A stretch of DNA of 64,000 nucleotides from a virus. The notes under the pieces are model-generated. The model searched no databases. It had not been told where the DNA came from and saw only the letters and a program-made list of their open reading frames with translations. A program made the translations under genes and the position numbers. Positions within the stretch are counted from its first letter, which is position 1, and each line of letters starts with the position of its first letter. The stretch is taken from positions 24,293 to 88,292 of IMG/VR virus record IMGVR_UViG_3300045988_164842. The stretch is one strand, 5' to 3'. Of the stretch, positions 9,365-17,828 are shown piece by piece.

Positions 9365-10516
9365 TTAAGTTATTTCAAGGTTATTTTCCTTTATAAAGTT
9401 TAAAATACCGCTTTCAGTGTCTGTTGCATTAAATATAAGTGCTTGCGTAAGTATTTTTGATATTTGTCTTTTTCTTTCTTCAGCTTCTTGTTCTGGGCTT
9501 TTATCCCTAAGAATTTCCTCATCGCTCCTTATGCTGATTAGCATAGAGATGAATCGTGTCAGAACGACGTCTGCTTTTTCAGTTGTATCTAACTTTTCTG
9601 TAACTGAAACATTTATAAGCCAATCTAAATCACCTTGTAAAACCTTTACACCTAATTTAAATTTCTGCAAAACCTGAAGAAGATATTGTGGAAGTTTTTC
9701 AGCGTTAATTGACGTTTTGTATTTAGACAAAATCATCACCTTATCTCTTAAATTTATCCACTCTTTAAAAGGCTTCCAGAAAGTCGTGCAAGAAAAAAAC
9801 ACAGGTACTTTTATGAGCTTAATTTTTGATTCGTCCATATAAAAATCATACTGAAAAGACATACAAGAAGAAAATAATTGGAGATACGCTTTCCTTACAT
9901 GTATATTATTAGGTATATCGTATTCAATATTTTTCTTTATAGCAAAATTAATTAAGCCAACAAACCACGATATCAATGACTTTGAAGAATTTATTAACTC
10001 ACTTTTTTGAAGTTTTTCTGCTATATAAGAAATTTTCTCATAAGATATCTGAGTGAGATGTGTACAGAGAGATTTTGTTTCATCTTCTGTAAGTGAACAA
10101 GTGTAAGGGAAATTTGTTATATCTCCTTTAAGTCCGTCCTTGTATTTTAAGATTAGCAGAGATAATTCATCATCTTTTCCTATAGTCGATACAAAACTAT
10201 ATATTATTGGATACTTTACTCTTTCTTCTTTTTCAATTTCATTTTTGATATAACTCTCTACGGAGTTTACAAGGGGAACAGTTTTGTTAATCTCGTAAAT
10301 TAAAGATTGGTAAGAATCTTCTATGGCTATATTCGTTATGAAGTTCTCTATAGATTTTTTTATGGAAATCAATTTCTTTTTTATATCAGAAACATTCATA
10401 TTGTCATACTTGAAATAAGGGAAAGCAGAGATTCTTTTCAAAATCCAATTCAATGTGTCGATATAGTTTTGAATAGCTTTTTTATATTCTGGGTTTTTAA
10501 ATTTTATTTTATCCAC
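9365..10516 (-). CDS. hypothetical protein (383 aa), accessory operon
   Basis: GTG start 5 nt after GGGAGGTG SD; Lys/Ile/Asn/Ser-rich, apparently helical; no motif recognised. Confidence 0.7.
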   Translation of the reverse strand: MDKIKFKNPEYKKAIQNYIDTLNWILKRISAFPYFKYDNMNVSDIKKKLISIKKSIENFITNIAIEDSYQSLIYEINKTVPLVNSVESYIKNEIEKEERVKYPIIYSFVSTIGKDDELSLLILKYKDGLKGDITNFPYTCSLTEDETKSLCTHLTQISYEKISYIAEKLQKSELINSSKSLISWFVGLINFAIKKNIEYDIPNNIHVRKAYLQLFSSCMSFQYDFYMDESKIKLIKVPVFFSCTTFWKPFKEWINLRDKVMILSKYKTSINAEKLPQYLLQVLQKFKLGVKVLQGDLDWLINVSVTEKLDTTEKADVVLTRFISMLISIRSDEEILRDKSPEQEAEERKRQISKILTQALIFNATDTESGILNFIKENNLEIT

Positions 10517-10531
10517 GTTATCACCTCCCTT

Positions 10532-11575
10532 TTATTTCACATATCTTTCTTTTTCTTCGCCTTTATATCCGTTGACCAGTATTGGAGCAAGCCATTTCAA
10601 TATGAGTTTTTTCTTCCCTGCGATATTGTCATTTACCCAATAATGATGGAAGTGTGCTTTTCTCATATGTGGTTTTCGGGTTTTGTTCTCTCCATCAACG
10701 TCATAAGATTGATATTGAATTGCTTTGATTGTTCCTTGTAAATCATATCCTGTTTTTGTTCCAACGTACTTAACGATTTCTTTATCGTATTCCTTTTGAT
10801 AATCGGGAACAGTTTGGGAATAAGGTTTTTCTGTTATTTCAGCATTGACAGATGAGACATATAGAACTAAAGCAATTATATTTTCTATAAAACCAATGTA
10901 TTCACGTCTTTTCTTTTCTGCTAATTCAAACGATTGTTCTTCAGAAAAACCGTAAATATCCTTACAAGCTTTATAAAAGTCTTTGACTTCTTCCTGAATG
11001 AAAGCGTCAAACAAAATATTTAAGTAAGAGTTTTCTGTATCTGTAACACTAACATTAACTACGATGGTTTCGTCAATGGTTTTCATTGAAAGATTTCCTA
11101 ACTCGTATTCAAAACACGCCTCTGTCTGATTTGTTTTTATACGAAATTTATAAAACGGGATAGTATCAAGTATTTCTGTTGGAATATTTGTTTCTTTCAA
11201 TGAAAACCCTGAGCATATAAAATCAGCTATAGTTTTATCAAAAACAAACACCTGTGGGTACTGCTTTTTAAGTTCATATTCCGCTGAATGATTTTTTCTT
11301 ATCCCAGCCTTTATTTCTCGAATGATTTTATAGTCTTCTTCATAATCCTCGAAGTTGTACCAGTAATCATTAGGGTAGAAAAAATTTTTCATAGCTCCGA
11401 TTTTGTATTTTTCGCAAAATGAATAATCATCAAAATGCCCAATATATCGTGCAATTTTAATCGGTTTCTTCCTGTCATCACACAAAATAAGATTGTATCC
11501 CGGAATGGCGTAATAAAAAGCTAAGTCCTCGTCATCAATCTGAACATATTCTCTTGGCTTATATTGAATATACAT
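10532..11575 (-). CDS. hypothetical protein (347 aa), accessory operon
   Basis: ATG with GTGGTGA SD. The N-terminal about 50 aa are paralogous to the upstream small ORF. C-terminal basic/His motif RKPHMRKAHFHHYWV. Confidence 0.7.
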   Translation of the reverse strand: MYIQYKPREYVQIDDEDLAFYYAIPGYNLILCDDRKKPIKIARYIGHFDDYSFCEKYKIGAMKNFFYPNDYWYNFEDYEEDYKIIREIKAGIRKNHSAEYELKKQYPQVFVFDKTIADFICSGFSLKETNIPTEILDTIPFYKFRIKTNQTEACFEYELGNLSMKTIDETIVVNVSVTDTENSYLNILFDAFIQEEVKDFYKACKDIYGFSEEQSFELAEKKRREYIGFIENIIALVLYVSSVNAEITEKPYSQTVPDYQKEYDKEIVKYVGTKTGYDLQGTIKAIQYQSYDVDGENKTRKPHMRKAHFHHYWVNDNIAGKKKLILKWLAPILVNGYKGEEKERYVK

Positions 11576-11586
11576 TTTATCACCAC

Positions 11587-11883
11587 TTATTCTTGGATTT
11601 TTACCATACGCTTATAGATACCTTTGTAGTAAAGTCCATCGCTTAATCCAGCAGAAGAACATAAGACGTCCGATGGAAAAGGGAAGCGAGGACAATCGCC
11701 TTGTATGAATTTATAGACACCAATTCTTTTCTTATTGTTGTCACATAAGTATAAATCGTAACCAACTTCTAAAAGATTTGCGATATGTTCGTCTATGTAT
11801 TCTTTTGCATCTTGTTCATCCATGTCGTCGCTGCCACGAATTTTTTTGTATCTGCATGGCTTCCATTCTACATAATATGCCAT
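11587..11883 (-). CDS. hypothetical protein (about 98 aa), paralog of the N-terminus of the 347-aa protein
   Basis: MAYYVEWKPCRY..GYDLYLCDNNKKRIGVYKFI aligns with YIQYKPREY..GYNLILCDDRKKPIKIARYI. Start is uncertain (ATG 11883 preferred; ATG 11907 and TTG 11919 possible). Confidence 0.6.
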   Translation of the reverse strand: MAYYVEWKPCRYKKIRGSDDMDEQDAKEYIDEHIANLLEVGYDLYLCDNNKKRIGVYKFIQGDCPRFPFPSDVLCSSAGLSDGLYYKGIYKRMVKIQE

Positions 11884-11924
11884 ATTAGCACGTCCTTTCT
11901 GTTTCATATAAAAGCTCAACCTTA

Positions 11925-12725
11925 TCAGTCAACCTTTATCCCAGTTGTTCTGAAAAAGATTTCGCTATCAAAGTTCGGGAGACTTTTAATTTCCTCTTTA
12001 TCGCATGGAGAGAGGTTGTTCCATTTGTTTTGTTTATCTTCGGATTCTATAAGAGTAATCATGATTTTTCTTGCTGGTGAAGACATCCAATCTTCATAAG
12101 TCCAATCCGACATTTTATCGAACATACGAATACATTCCTTTTTGTAGGACTTTTCATTGAAACAGCCATAAACGTATGCTCCTGAATTGCAATCACCATA
12201 ATTATAGTTACCTGAATTGCAATCACCATAATTATAGTTACCTGAATTGTAGTAACCGTAATTACGAGTACCTGAGTTAAAGCTTCCGCAATTTTCTTCA
12301 CCTGAATTGCAATCGCCATAATTATAAACTCCGTCATTATTGCTACCATAGTTATTCCAACCAAGATTATTATTTCCGTAATTGAAGTTACCCTCGTTGT
12401 CATTACCGTAATTATAGTTGCCTGAATTCAAAACTCCCGCATTGTCTTCCCCGGAATTCATTTCAGCAAGAAAATCTTCCATGTGATATACTTTAATCAC
12501 TCTAAAATCTTTAGCAGTGAAAAATTCGTTTTCAAAAGGAGTTCCTTTATCCGACATTTCTATTTCTCCAAGAGCCTCCAATTGAACAATAACACCGAAA
12601 GTGTAGGAATAATCTAAAAGATTAACGCCTTTTTTCATAAACCTAAGCCCTTCTTTATCATGGATGACATCAGAGAGAGAAAAATTGCGAAATTCATCAG
12701 GTGTAAGATGTATATATCCTTCCAT
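11925..12725 (-). CDS. pentapeptide-repeat protein
   Basis: About 18 consecutive 5-residue units (NSGNY NYGND NEGNF NYGNN ...) flanked by unique N- and C-terminal domains; GAAAGGA SD. Confidence 0.8.
   Translation of the reverse strand: MEGYIHLTPDEFRNFSLSDVIHDKEGLRFMKKGVNLLDYSYTFGVIVQLEALGEIEMSDKGTPFENEFFTAKDFRVIKVYHMEDFLAEMNSGEDNAGVLNSGNYNYGNDNEGNFNYGNNNLGWNNYGSNNDGVYNYGDCNSGEENCGSFNSGTRNYGYYNSGNYNYGDCNSGNYNYGDCNSGAYVYGCFNEKSYKKECIRMFDKMSDWTYEDWMSSPARKIMITLIESEDKQNKWNNLSPCDKEEIKSLPNFDSEIFFRTTGIKVD
12181..12240. repeat. perfect 2 x 30-bp tandem duplication inside the pentapeptide-repeat gene
   Basis: cctgaattgcaatcaccataattatagtta occurs twice back to back; degenerate copies continue to about 12340. 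Confidence 0.95.
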
Positions 12726-12750
12726 TTTAATATTCCTTTCGTGTATAAAG

Positions 12751-12993
12751 TTATTTTGTATACCCTAAAAGCCACATTTCTGACTTGTCCAGTGCTACAG
12801 CCAGTAATGTGAGCTTTTCTTTTTTAGGGCAACAGTAAGCGTGCCTATATCGTGATATATCAGATGTTGTTATCTTAGCTTCTACTCCTATTTCTTTAGC
12901 TACAACGTCACAAGCTTTCCTTAATTCCTGTGGAGTAATGCCTTTTTCGGAAATAGCTTGTTCTATTCGGAGTGCAAATACTTGTTTCTTCAT
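12751..12993 (-). CDS. XRE-family helix-turn-helix regulator
   Basis: 80 aa; ISEKGITPQELRKACDV..ITTSDISRY HTH. ATG 12993 lies 6 nt after GAGGTG (the track GTG 13002 is inside the SD). Confidence 0.7.
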   Translation of the reverse strand: MKKQVFALRIEQAISEKGITPQELRKACDVVAKEIGVEAKITTSDISRYRHAYCCPKKEKLTLLAVALDKSEMWLLGYTK

Positions 12994-13036
12994 CGTTATC
13001 ACCTCAAATAGTATTTCAATCTTGAAACCCTATTTT

Positions 13037-13065
13037 AGTATATCACAATACAGTTTTTTCGTCAA
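13037..13065 (-). promoter_or_regulatory. sigma-70-type promoter of the accessory operon
   Basis: TTGACG (13065-13060), 17 nt, TGATATACT extended -10 (13045-13037), read on the minus strand. Confidence 0.6.
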
Positions 13066-13202
13066 GGTTTTTTGTTATTCCATTCATCAAGTTTTCTGAA
13101 AAGCTCATCAACTCTCTTTTTGTTTTTTAAGAAAAAGAACCAGCCGTCAATGTACTCAGTTACTATTTGAATAACAAGTAAAACAACTGCCAAGAATGCC
13201 AT
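13062..13202 (-). CDS. small membrane protein candidate (46 aa)
   Basis: Below the ORF-track cutoff. ATG 13202 follows AAAGGAGGTG. MAFLAVVLLVIQIVTEYIDGWFFFLKNKKRVDELFRKLDEWNNKKP has a hydrophobic N-terminus and charged tail. Confidence 0.5.
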   Translation of the reverse strand: MAFLAVVLLVIQIVTEYIDGWFFFLKNKKRVDELFRKLDEWNNKKP

Positions 13203-13229
13203 ATTTTTCACCTCCTTTCTTTTAGGAAG

Positions 13230-13252
13230 CCCCGTGTAGCCGATAGGTCAGC
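13230..13252 (-). promoter_or_regulatory. conserved leader box, copy a
   Basis: Minus-strand GCTGACCTATCGGCTACACGGGG, about 25 nt upstream of the SD of the 46-aa ORF. Near-identical to the boxes at 18602-18625 and 20305-20327. Confidence 0.55.
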
Positions 13253-13258
13253 GCAACA

Positions 13259-14689
13259 TCATATGGCTTTATCCGTTCTTAAACGCACAAACATCCTGTC
13301 AAATTCTGCGTTAATTTTTTTACGTTCTTCTCCCTCTGGTTTCACAGTAAATTCCGCATGACCGCAAAGATAATCAGATTGCATTCCGATATCCTCAAGC
13401 CTATCCTTGACATAGCAAGCAAACGCTCTTGCGAGCATTTCTTCATCAGAAGCCCAGTAACCATGTGCTTCCTTGCTGTAACTTCTATCAGCTTCTTGCG
13501 ATTTTTTGAAGTAGTTTGACACATTGCGACCTTTATCATGTTTCATAGTATCGGTAACGTCATGTAGGTACTTTTTTATTCCTTTTACTTTCAGGTAGCG
13601 AGAGAGAGCATGAAACCATTCGTGAGCAAGAGAACCTGCACCTTTCATCTTTGTCAGGCTTATAACGTTTCTCTCAGGTTCGTAATGAGCAACTGAACCT
13701 GCACGTCCTCTTGAACCGTAAGCAATTGCTAACTGACCTCCAAGAGAAATCTGTTCAGGTGCGAAACCGATTGCGATAGCTAAATCTCTTAACGCGTCAT
13801 ATGACATATCAAGATTTGCTTGCCTGTCTTGCTGAGTTTGCCAGTTGCCGAACTCACCGCCACGGAATTTAAACGTCTGCAATATTTCATCTGTAGTAAC
13901 AGGTACGCCGTTTCTGTAGTTTATGCCTGTTCTGGTAATGTGTACTAACTGTGGTGGTACAGCTTTCTTTTTGCGAGGTTTCTTTTCAGCAACAGGCTTT
14001 TCAGTGTTCTTGACTGTTCGTAAGATGATTTCTTTTGCTGTTTCTTCGCTTTCTACGCCACAACAAATAGCCTTGCGAGTAGGTCTACTGATGATTACAT
14101 AGCCGTATCCTGTAAAAGCTTCTTTATCGAAAAGAGGTTTGTAAAAAGAAGCACCGTATATATCTTTAACCTTAACATACCCTTCCTCGATAGAGCAGTC
14201 AGAGCCTTTAACTATTCGATAATCCGCAAGTATTTTTTCATCTTCCGTGTAAAGGAATTTCTTTTCTTTGATGAAAACCTTTACAGCATGAAGGTCTGTT
14301 TCCACTGCCGATTCCACTTTGGAGAAATCATAGTGAAACCAACACTCTGTATACTGTGCCAAGTAAGTCGAAAGTTTTCCGAAATCTTCAAACTTTCGAA
14401 CTTCATCTGTTGTCTTCTTAATAAAAACGGTTATGTCGTAGTATGTTTGCGGAGTTACGAAGGTTGGTCTTGTAGGGATTGCATCTCTTATCATTTTTAT
14501 CTTCGCTACAATCTCAATCGGAAGCCCATTGTCTTTCATTTTCTGATAATTCGGTTTCTTCCAGATATTATCCCTTATCACCAATTGCCTCTGTTCATCT
14601 GCTGTCCAATCGCCTATATCTGCTGTTCCTTTTGAGAGCAAATCCTTTCTTGCTCCACCGATTTTCTGCCCAAAGTCTTTGATATCCAT
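13259..14689 (-). CDS. large protein with zincin-like HExxH motif (polyvalent-protein-type domains?)
   Basis: ATG 14689 follows GGAGGA. N-terminus MDIKDFGQKIGGARKDL; HEWFH motif plus downstream WASDEEMLARAFACYV. The family call is from memory of polyvalent-protein LPD/MPTase domains. Confidence 0.55.
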   Translation of the reverse strand: MDIKDFGQKIGGARKDLLSKGTADIGDWTADEQRQLVIRDNIWKKPNYQKMKDNGLPIEIVAKIKMIRDAIPTRPTFVTPQTYYDITVFIKKTTDEVRKFEDFGKLSTYLAQYTECWFHYDFSKVESAVETDLHAVKVFIKEKKFLYTEDEKILADYRIVKGSDCSIEEGYVKVKDIYGASFYKPLFDKEAFTGYGYVIISRPTRKAICCGVESEETAKEIILRTVKNTEKPVAEKKPRKKKAVPPQLVHITRTGINYRNGVPVTTDEILQTFKFRGGEFGNWQTQQDRQANLDMSYDALRDLAIAIGFAPEQISLGGQLAIAYGSRGRAGSVAHYEPERNVISLTKMKGAGSLAHEWFHALSRYLKVKGIKKYLHDVTDTMKHDKGRNVSNYFKKSQEADRSYSKEAHGYWASDEEMLARAFACYVKDRLEDIGMQSDYLCGHAEFTVKPEGEERKKINAEFDRMFVRLRTDKAI

Positions 14690-14702
14690 TATTTTTTCCT
14701 CC

Positions 14703-15689
14703 TTATTTCTTCTTAATAGTTGTGCTGTGTTCCTCGAATACCACACAGTCACCTTTCTTCATATACCAACATGAGCCGTTGTTCGCCATAGCACAAGCTG
14801 AACACGAACCGGGACAGCGAAACGCTTTTGCAGGTATCATCGTCTGTTTGTTCTTAAATTCAATCCACGCTGTCGGCAAGTTGTGTGGATTGTCGCAAAG
14901 CCAATCACCCCAGTTTGAAAAGAGGATAATAAGATTTGCAGGTTTCCTGTGATTTTCAAGCCAGTTGTTCACCAACTCATACTTCTTCGTAAAGCAAAGG
15001 AAGCGTGTTCCTTTTATCTTGCGAGCTACCTTTGCCATGCCGTCAAGGTAATCCATATCCGGAATATCGCCTGTGCTGTGCCATCTGAAAAAGTTGTAGG
15101 TGACAAGTCCGCTGTTTATCTGAGCTACAATGCTGTCAAAGTAGAATTGTGGATTTGCATAATAAGCTTTCAGATTTATCACTCTGTCCACCCTACGGTT
15201 TAGGTAGACATAGTGACTACGACAAGCGTAGCATTCGTTCATGCAAGGAGCGTCATGCCTGCAAGTAGTTATAGGAGGCAAGTCAAGGGTTGGTATCACT
15301 CCGAACTTACTGTTACTTACCGAAAGTTTTGGAGCTTCCATAAATAAACTATTAGCCGGAAAATTAACCTGAACGCTTTCACTAAAAGAACTCGCTGATA
15401 CTTTTATGATTGTTTCAGGTAAATCAACTTCTTCTACCGCCGTGTTCATAAAAGCCTCCGCTCCTATAATTTCCGCCCCTAAGAGTGTGACTTTCTTGAG
15501 GTTCGTGCAATCCTTGAATACTTCTGCTTCGATTATGCGAGTATTCAAAGGGATTACAACCTCCTCGATGTCTGTGTTCCCTGCAAATGCTCCACGCCTT
15601 ATGACAAACGTGGATTTCGGAATTTCCACAATTTCTTCGTTTCCTGTGTACGCCGTGAGGGTTCTGCCCTCGATTATAAAGTCTTTCAT
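14703..15689 (-). CDS. BspA-type leucine-rich-repeat N-domain fused to a Cys-rich GP88-like C-domain
   Basis: N-terminus: FAGNTDIEEVVIPLNTRIIEAEVFKDCTNLKKVTL repeats. C-terminus: CRHDAPCMNECYAC..FRWHSTGDI..CPGSCSACAM..CWY. The domain name is a low-confidence recollection. Confidence 0.5.
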   Translation of the reverse strand: MKDFIIEGRTLTAYTGNEEIVEIPKSTFVIRRGAFAGNTDIEEVVIPLNTRIIEAEVFKDCTNLKKVTLLGAEIIGAEAFMNTAVEEVDLPETIIKVSASSFSESVQVNFPANSLFMEAPKLSVSNSKFGVIPTLDLPPITTCRHDAPCMNECYACRSHYVYLNRRVDRVINLKAYYANPQFYFDSIVAQINSGLVTYNFFRWHSTGDIPDMDYLDGMAKVARKIKGTRFLCFTKKYELVNNWLENHRKPANLIILFSNWGDWLCDNPHNLPTAWIEFKNKQTMIPAKAFRCPGSCSACAMANNGSCWYMKKGDCVVFEEHSTTIKKK

Positions 15690-15706
15690 TTTTTTATTTA
15701 TCCTTT

Positions 15707-16225
15707 CTATTTATATCTTCTCAAAGGTGTTAATCCTGCGTTTTCACACATCTGATACACTTCAGTATCGTCCATTATACGAGTAACACGAATTTCGCCT
15801 GCAATAATCCATGTTCCGTACATATTTGGCGATGTTTTATAGCGATAGTAACCGCCGACCGGAATTTTTCTGAGATATGCATTACGCCTGATTACGACAC
15901 CACACTTGTTCATTCCTGTAATATCTGCTTCCTCCTGATAAGAACGCTCGTTGTACTCAACTTCTGCCCATACACAGCAATCTTTCAGTGTTTTTATGCC
16001 ATTATGCACACTGTAGATATGCTGGACGTATGGAAGCTCTTCGTTGATGTGCCAGCCTGGTCTATAAGCAAGTTTCCCGAGCCGAGATTTTACTTTTCCG
16101 TCTGGTGTTCTTTCGCCCTCTTTGGCGGATAACCATACACCAACAGGGATTGTTTCAGTTGCCTCCACATAAAGAGGGTGTAAGTTTCCGTTTTTGTCCT
16201 GTCTGAATAATTTGTAGCCTTTCAT
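15707..16225 (-). CDS. hypothetical protein (172 aa)
   Basis: ATG with AAAGGAG SD; no motif recognised. Confidence 0.7.
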   Translation of the reverse strand: MKGYKLFRQDKNGNLHPLYVEATETIPVGVWLSAKEGERTPDGKVKSRLGKLAYRPGWHINEELPYVQHIYSVHNGIKTLKDCCVWAEVEYNERSYQEEADITGMNKCGVVIRRNAYLRKIPVGGYYRYKTSPNMYGTWIIAGEIRVTRIMDDTEVYQMCENAGLTPLRRYK

Positions 16226-16243
16226 AGATAACTCCTTTCTGCG

Positions 16244-16282
16244 ATAAAAAGTAAGAGCAACACTTTTATCGGCGTTGCTCTT
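16244..16282 (-). terminator. hairpin + T-run (terminator or attenuator) just upstream of the 172-aa gene
   Basis: 9-bp stem AAGAGCAAC (16253-16261) / GTTGCTCTT (16274-16282), then ACTTTTTAT on the minus strand. Confidence 0.5.
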
Positions 16283-16289
16283 TGTGCAT

Positions 16290-16323
16290 AGAAAAGGACT
16301 AACGCTTTCGACGGCATTAGTCC
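16290..16323 (-). terminator. rho-independent terminator after the 83-aa acidic gene
   Basis: Stem GGACTAA (16296-16302) / TTAGTCC (16317-16323) with inner pairs, then TTTTCT on the minus strand. Confidence 0.5.
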
Positions 16324-16348
16324 CTATTAAGTATTTAATTGTTTTGCC

Positions 16349-16600
16349 TTAGAATTCTACTACCTCTTCAAAATCTGGGTCGTTCGGGTCAAAGTCGATG
16401 ACATTTTCTTCACGGTTGAAATTTACTGCAAGCTCCTCAACTGTGTCAAGGTCTTCAATGCCGCTGTAGTCGCCATTTTGGGCGACTTCGAGCGTCAGCG
16501 GTTCGTCATACAAACCCTCGTAGAACATATAACCTTTGCCGCTTCCGTCAGCAAAGACTACGCAATTATAAGCGTTTGTTTTCACGAAATATCTTCTCAT
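16349..16600 (-). CDS. small acidic protein (83 aa)
   Basis: ATG 16600 follows AAAGGAGAAAA; C-terminal half rich in D/E (DLDTVEELAVNFNREENVIDFDPNDPDFEEVVEF). Confidence 0.65.
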   Translation of the reverse strand: MRRYFVKTNAYNCVVFADGSGKGYMFYEGLYDEPLTLEVAQNGDYSGIEDLDTVEELAVNFNREENVIDFDPNDPDFEEVVEF

Positions 16601-16681
16601 TATTTTCTCCTTTTCTGCAAAACCTTGAATGAGGGGGCTTTGCATTCCCTCTTTTTCACATCTCTCCGTGCAGGCAATATA

Positions 16682-17272
16682 TTAACCAAAGCAGTCATCT
16701 ATGAGACTGTCGAGAGCAACGCCGATATCACCCCAGCACACAGCCAGTTTGGGAAAACCCCAGGTTTGAGCTGTTTCACAAAACTTATCATAAAGTCGTT
16801 CTGTAGCGTACTCAATGAGGTCATCTCTTAAACGACTTCTGACCTCGTTAAGTACTTCATTATTGCTTTCGTCATCCTCGTCATCTTCACTGCCGTAACC
16901 CAGTTCCCTGCGAACTTCTTCGTCCGTGCTGTCGTATCCGTCCATCAGCTTGACATCAAAGAGTGCCTCTACGTCAGGCGTACAAACAAACGTCCAAGGG
17001 CTGTTTTCATTTTTATTCCTTGGCAGATTTCCATCCTCGTCTACAAAGCAAACATGAACGCTTTCGTACAGCCTGTTGTCTACATACATTCCGTCCCAAC
17101 TTACTTCTGGGTACAGAAGTTTCCTGATTATTTGAATTCCGTCAATCGGAATTTCTTCCTTTGTCGACAAGTCTATGACTTTATCTTTGTGAACCTCGTA
17201 TTTGTTTCCGTCTGCATCAATACCGAGATTATTTTTTTGGTCGTATATAAAAATGTATTCAATATAGCTCAT
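16682..17272 (-). CDS. acidic protein (196 aa)
   Basis: ATG 17272 follows an AAGGCGG SD; contains the run GYGSEDDEDDESNNEV. Confidence 0.65.
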   Translation of the reverse strand: MSYIEYIFIYDQKNNLGIDADGNKYEVHKDKVIDLSTKEEIPIDGIQIIRKLLYPEVSWDGMYVDNRLYESVHVCFVDEDGNLPRNKNENSPWTFVCTPDVEALFDVKLMDGYDSTDEEVRRELGYGSEDDEDDESNNEVLNEVRSRLRDDLIEYATERLYDKFCETAQTWGFPKLAVCWGDIGVALDSLIDDCFG

Positions 17273-17334
17273 AATTGAACCGCCTTTCTTTCTGGTTAAA
17301 ATGTATGAGCGGATTTTGCGTCCGCTCACCGATG

Positions 17335-17363
17335 ATTATGTCAAAAGATATGTATTACGTCAA
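17335..17363 (-). promoter_or_regulatory. sigma-70-type promoter for the 196-aa acidic gene
   Basis: TTGACG (17363-17358), 17 nt, CATAAT (17340-17335). The predicted leader starts with hairpin 17307-17327. Confidence 0.5.
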
Positions 17364-17372
17364 CAATCTCCG

Positions 17373-17732
17373 TCAGTCTTCCTGTAATGCCTCATAATCC
17401 GGGCAATCAATGTTGAAAACGAGAGCCATCATCGTCTCAGGGTACTCGTTTTCCCAGCAGTAAATGTAACAAGCTTTCTTAAACTGTGCTTGGTCTACAA
17501 ATCTCATAAGAGCTGACAGTTCCGGTTTGCTTTCAAGCTCTTCTATAGCACCTTGTCTGGTTTTTGCTTCGACCCAGACTTCGATGTAAGCCATGTCTTC
17601 GCCGTAAGCACATACGCCATAAGGCATACGGTTAACATGGTAATCTCCATCGTTTGTCCACTCGACACAGTTGTCGTCTGAGTCGAAACATAAATCAACA
17701 ACAATTTTTTCGTATTTTTCTGTATTGTTCAT
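17373..17732 (-). CDS. small acidic Cys-containing protein (119 aa)
   Basis: ATG 17732 follows AAGGAGAAAAT; D/E/C/W/Y-rich. Confidence 0.65.
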   Translation of the reverse strand: MNNTEKYEKIVVDLCFDSDDNCVEWTNDGDYHVNRMPYGVCAYGEDMAYIEVWVEAKTRQGAIEELESKPELSALMRFVDQAQFKKACYIYCWENEYPETMMALVFNIDCPDYEALQED

Positions 17733-17828
17733 ATTTTCTCCTTCTGCTTTTAACGTGGTCGCATCACATTTCACTATAGTTGCGGAGTTCTGACGTTCCG
17801 CCCGTATGAGTTATGTCAAGATTATATC

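Noticed and set aside
12181-12340. Tandem repeats as a CRISPR-like or noncoding array
   Set aside because: The repeats are in frame within a well-supported ORF and encode pentapeptide units. There are no unique spacers.
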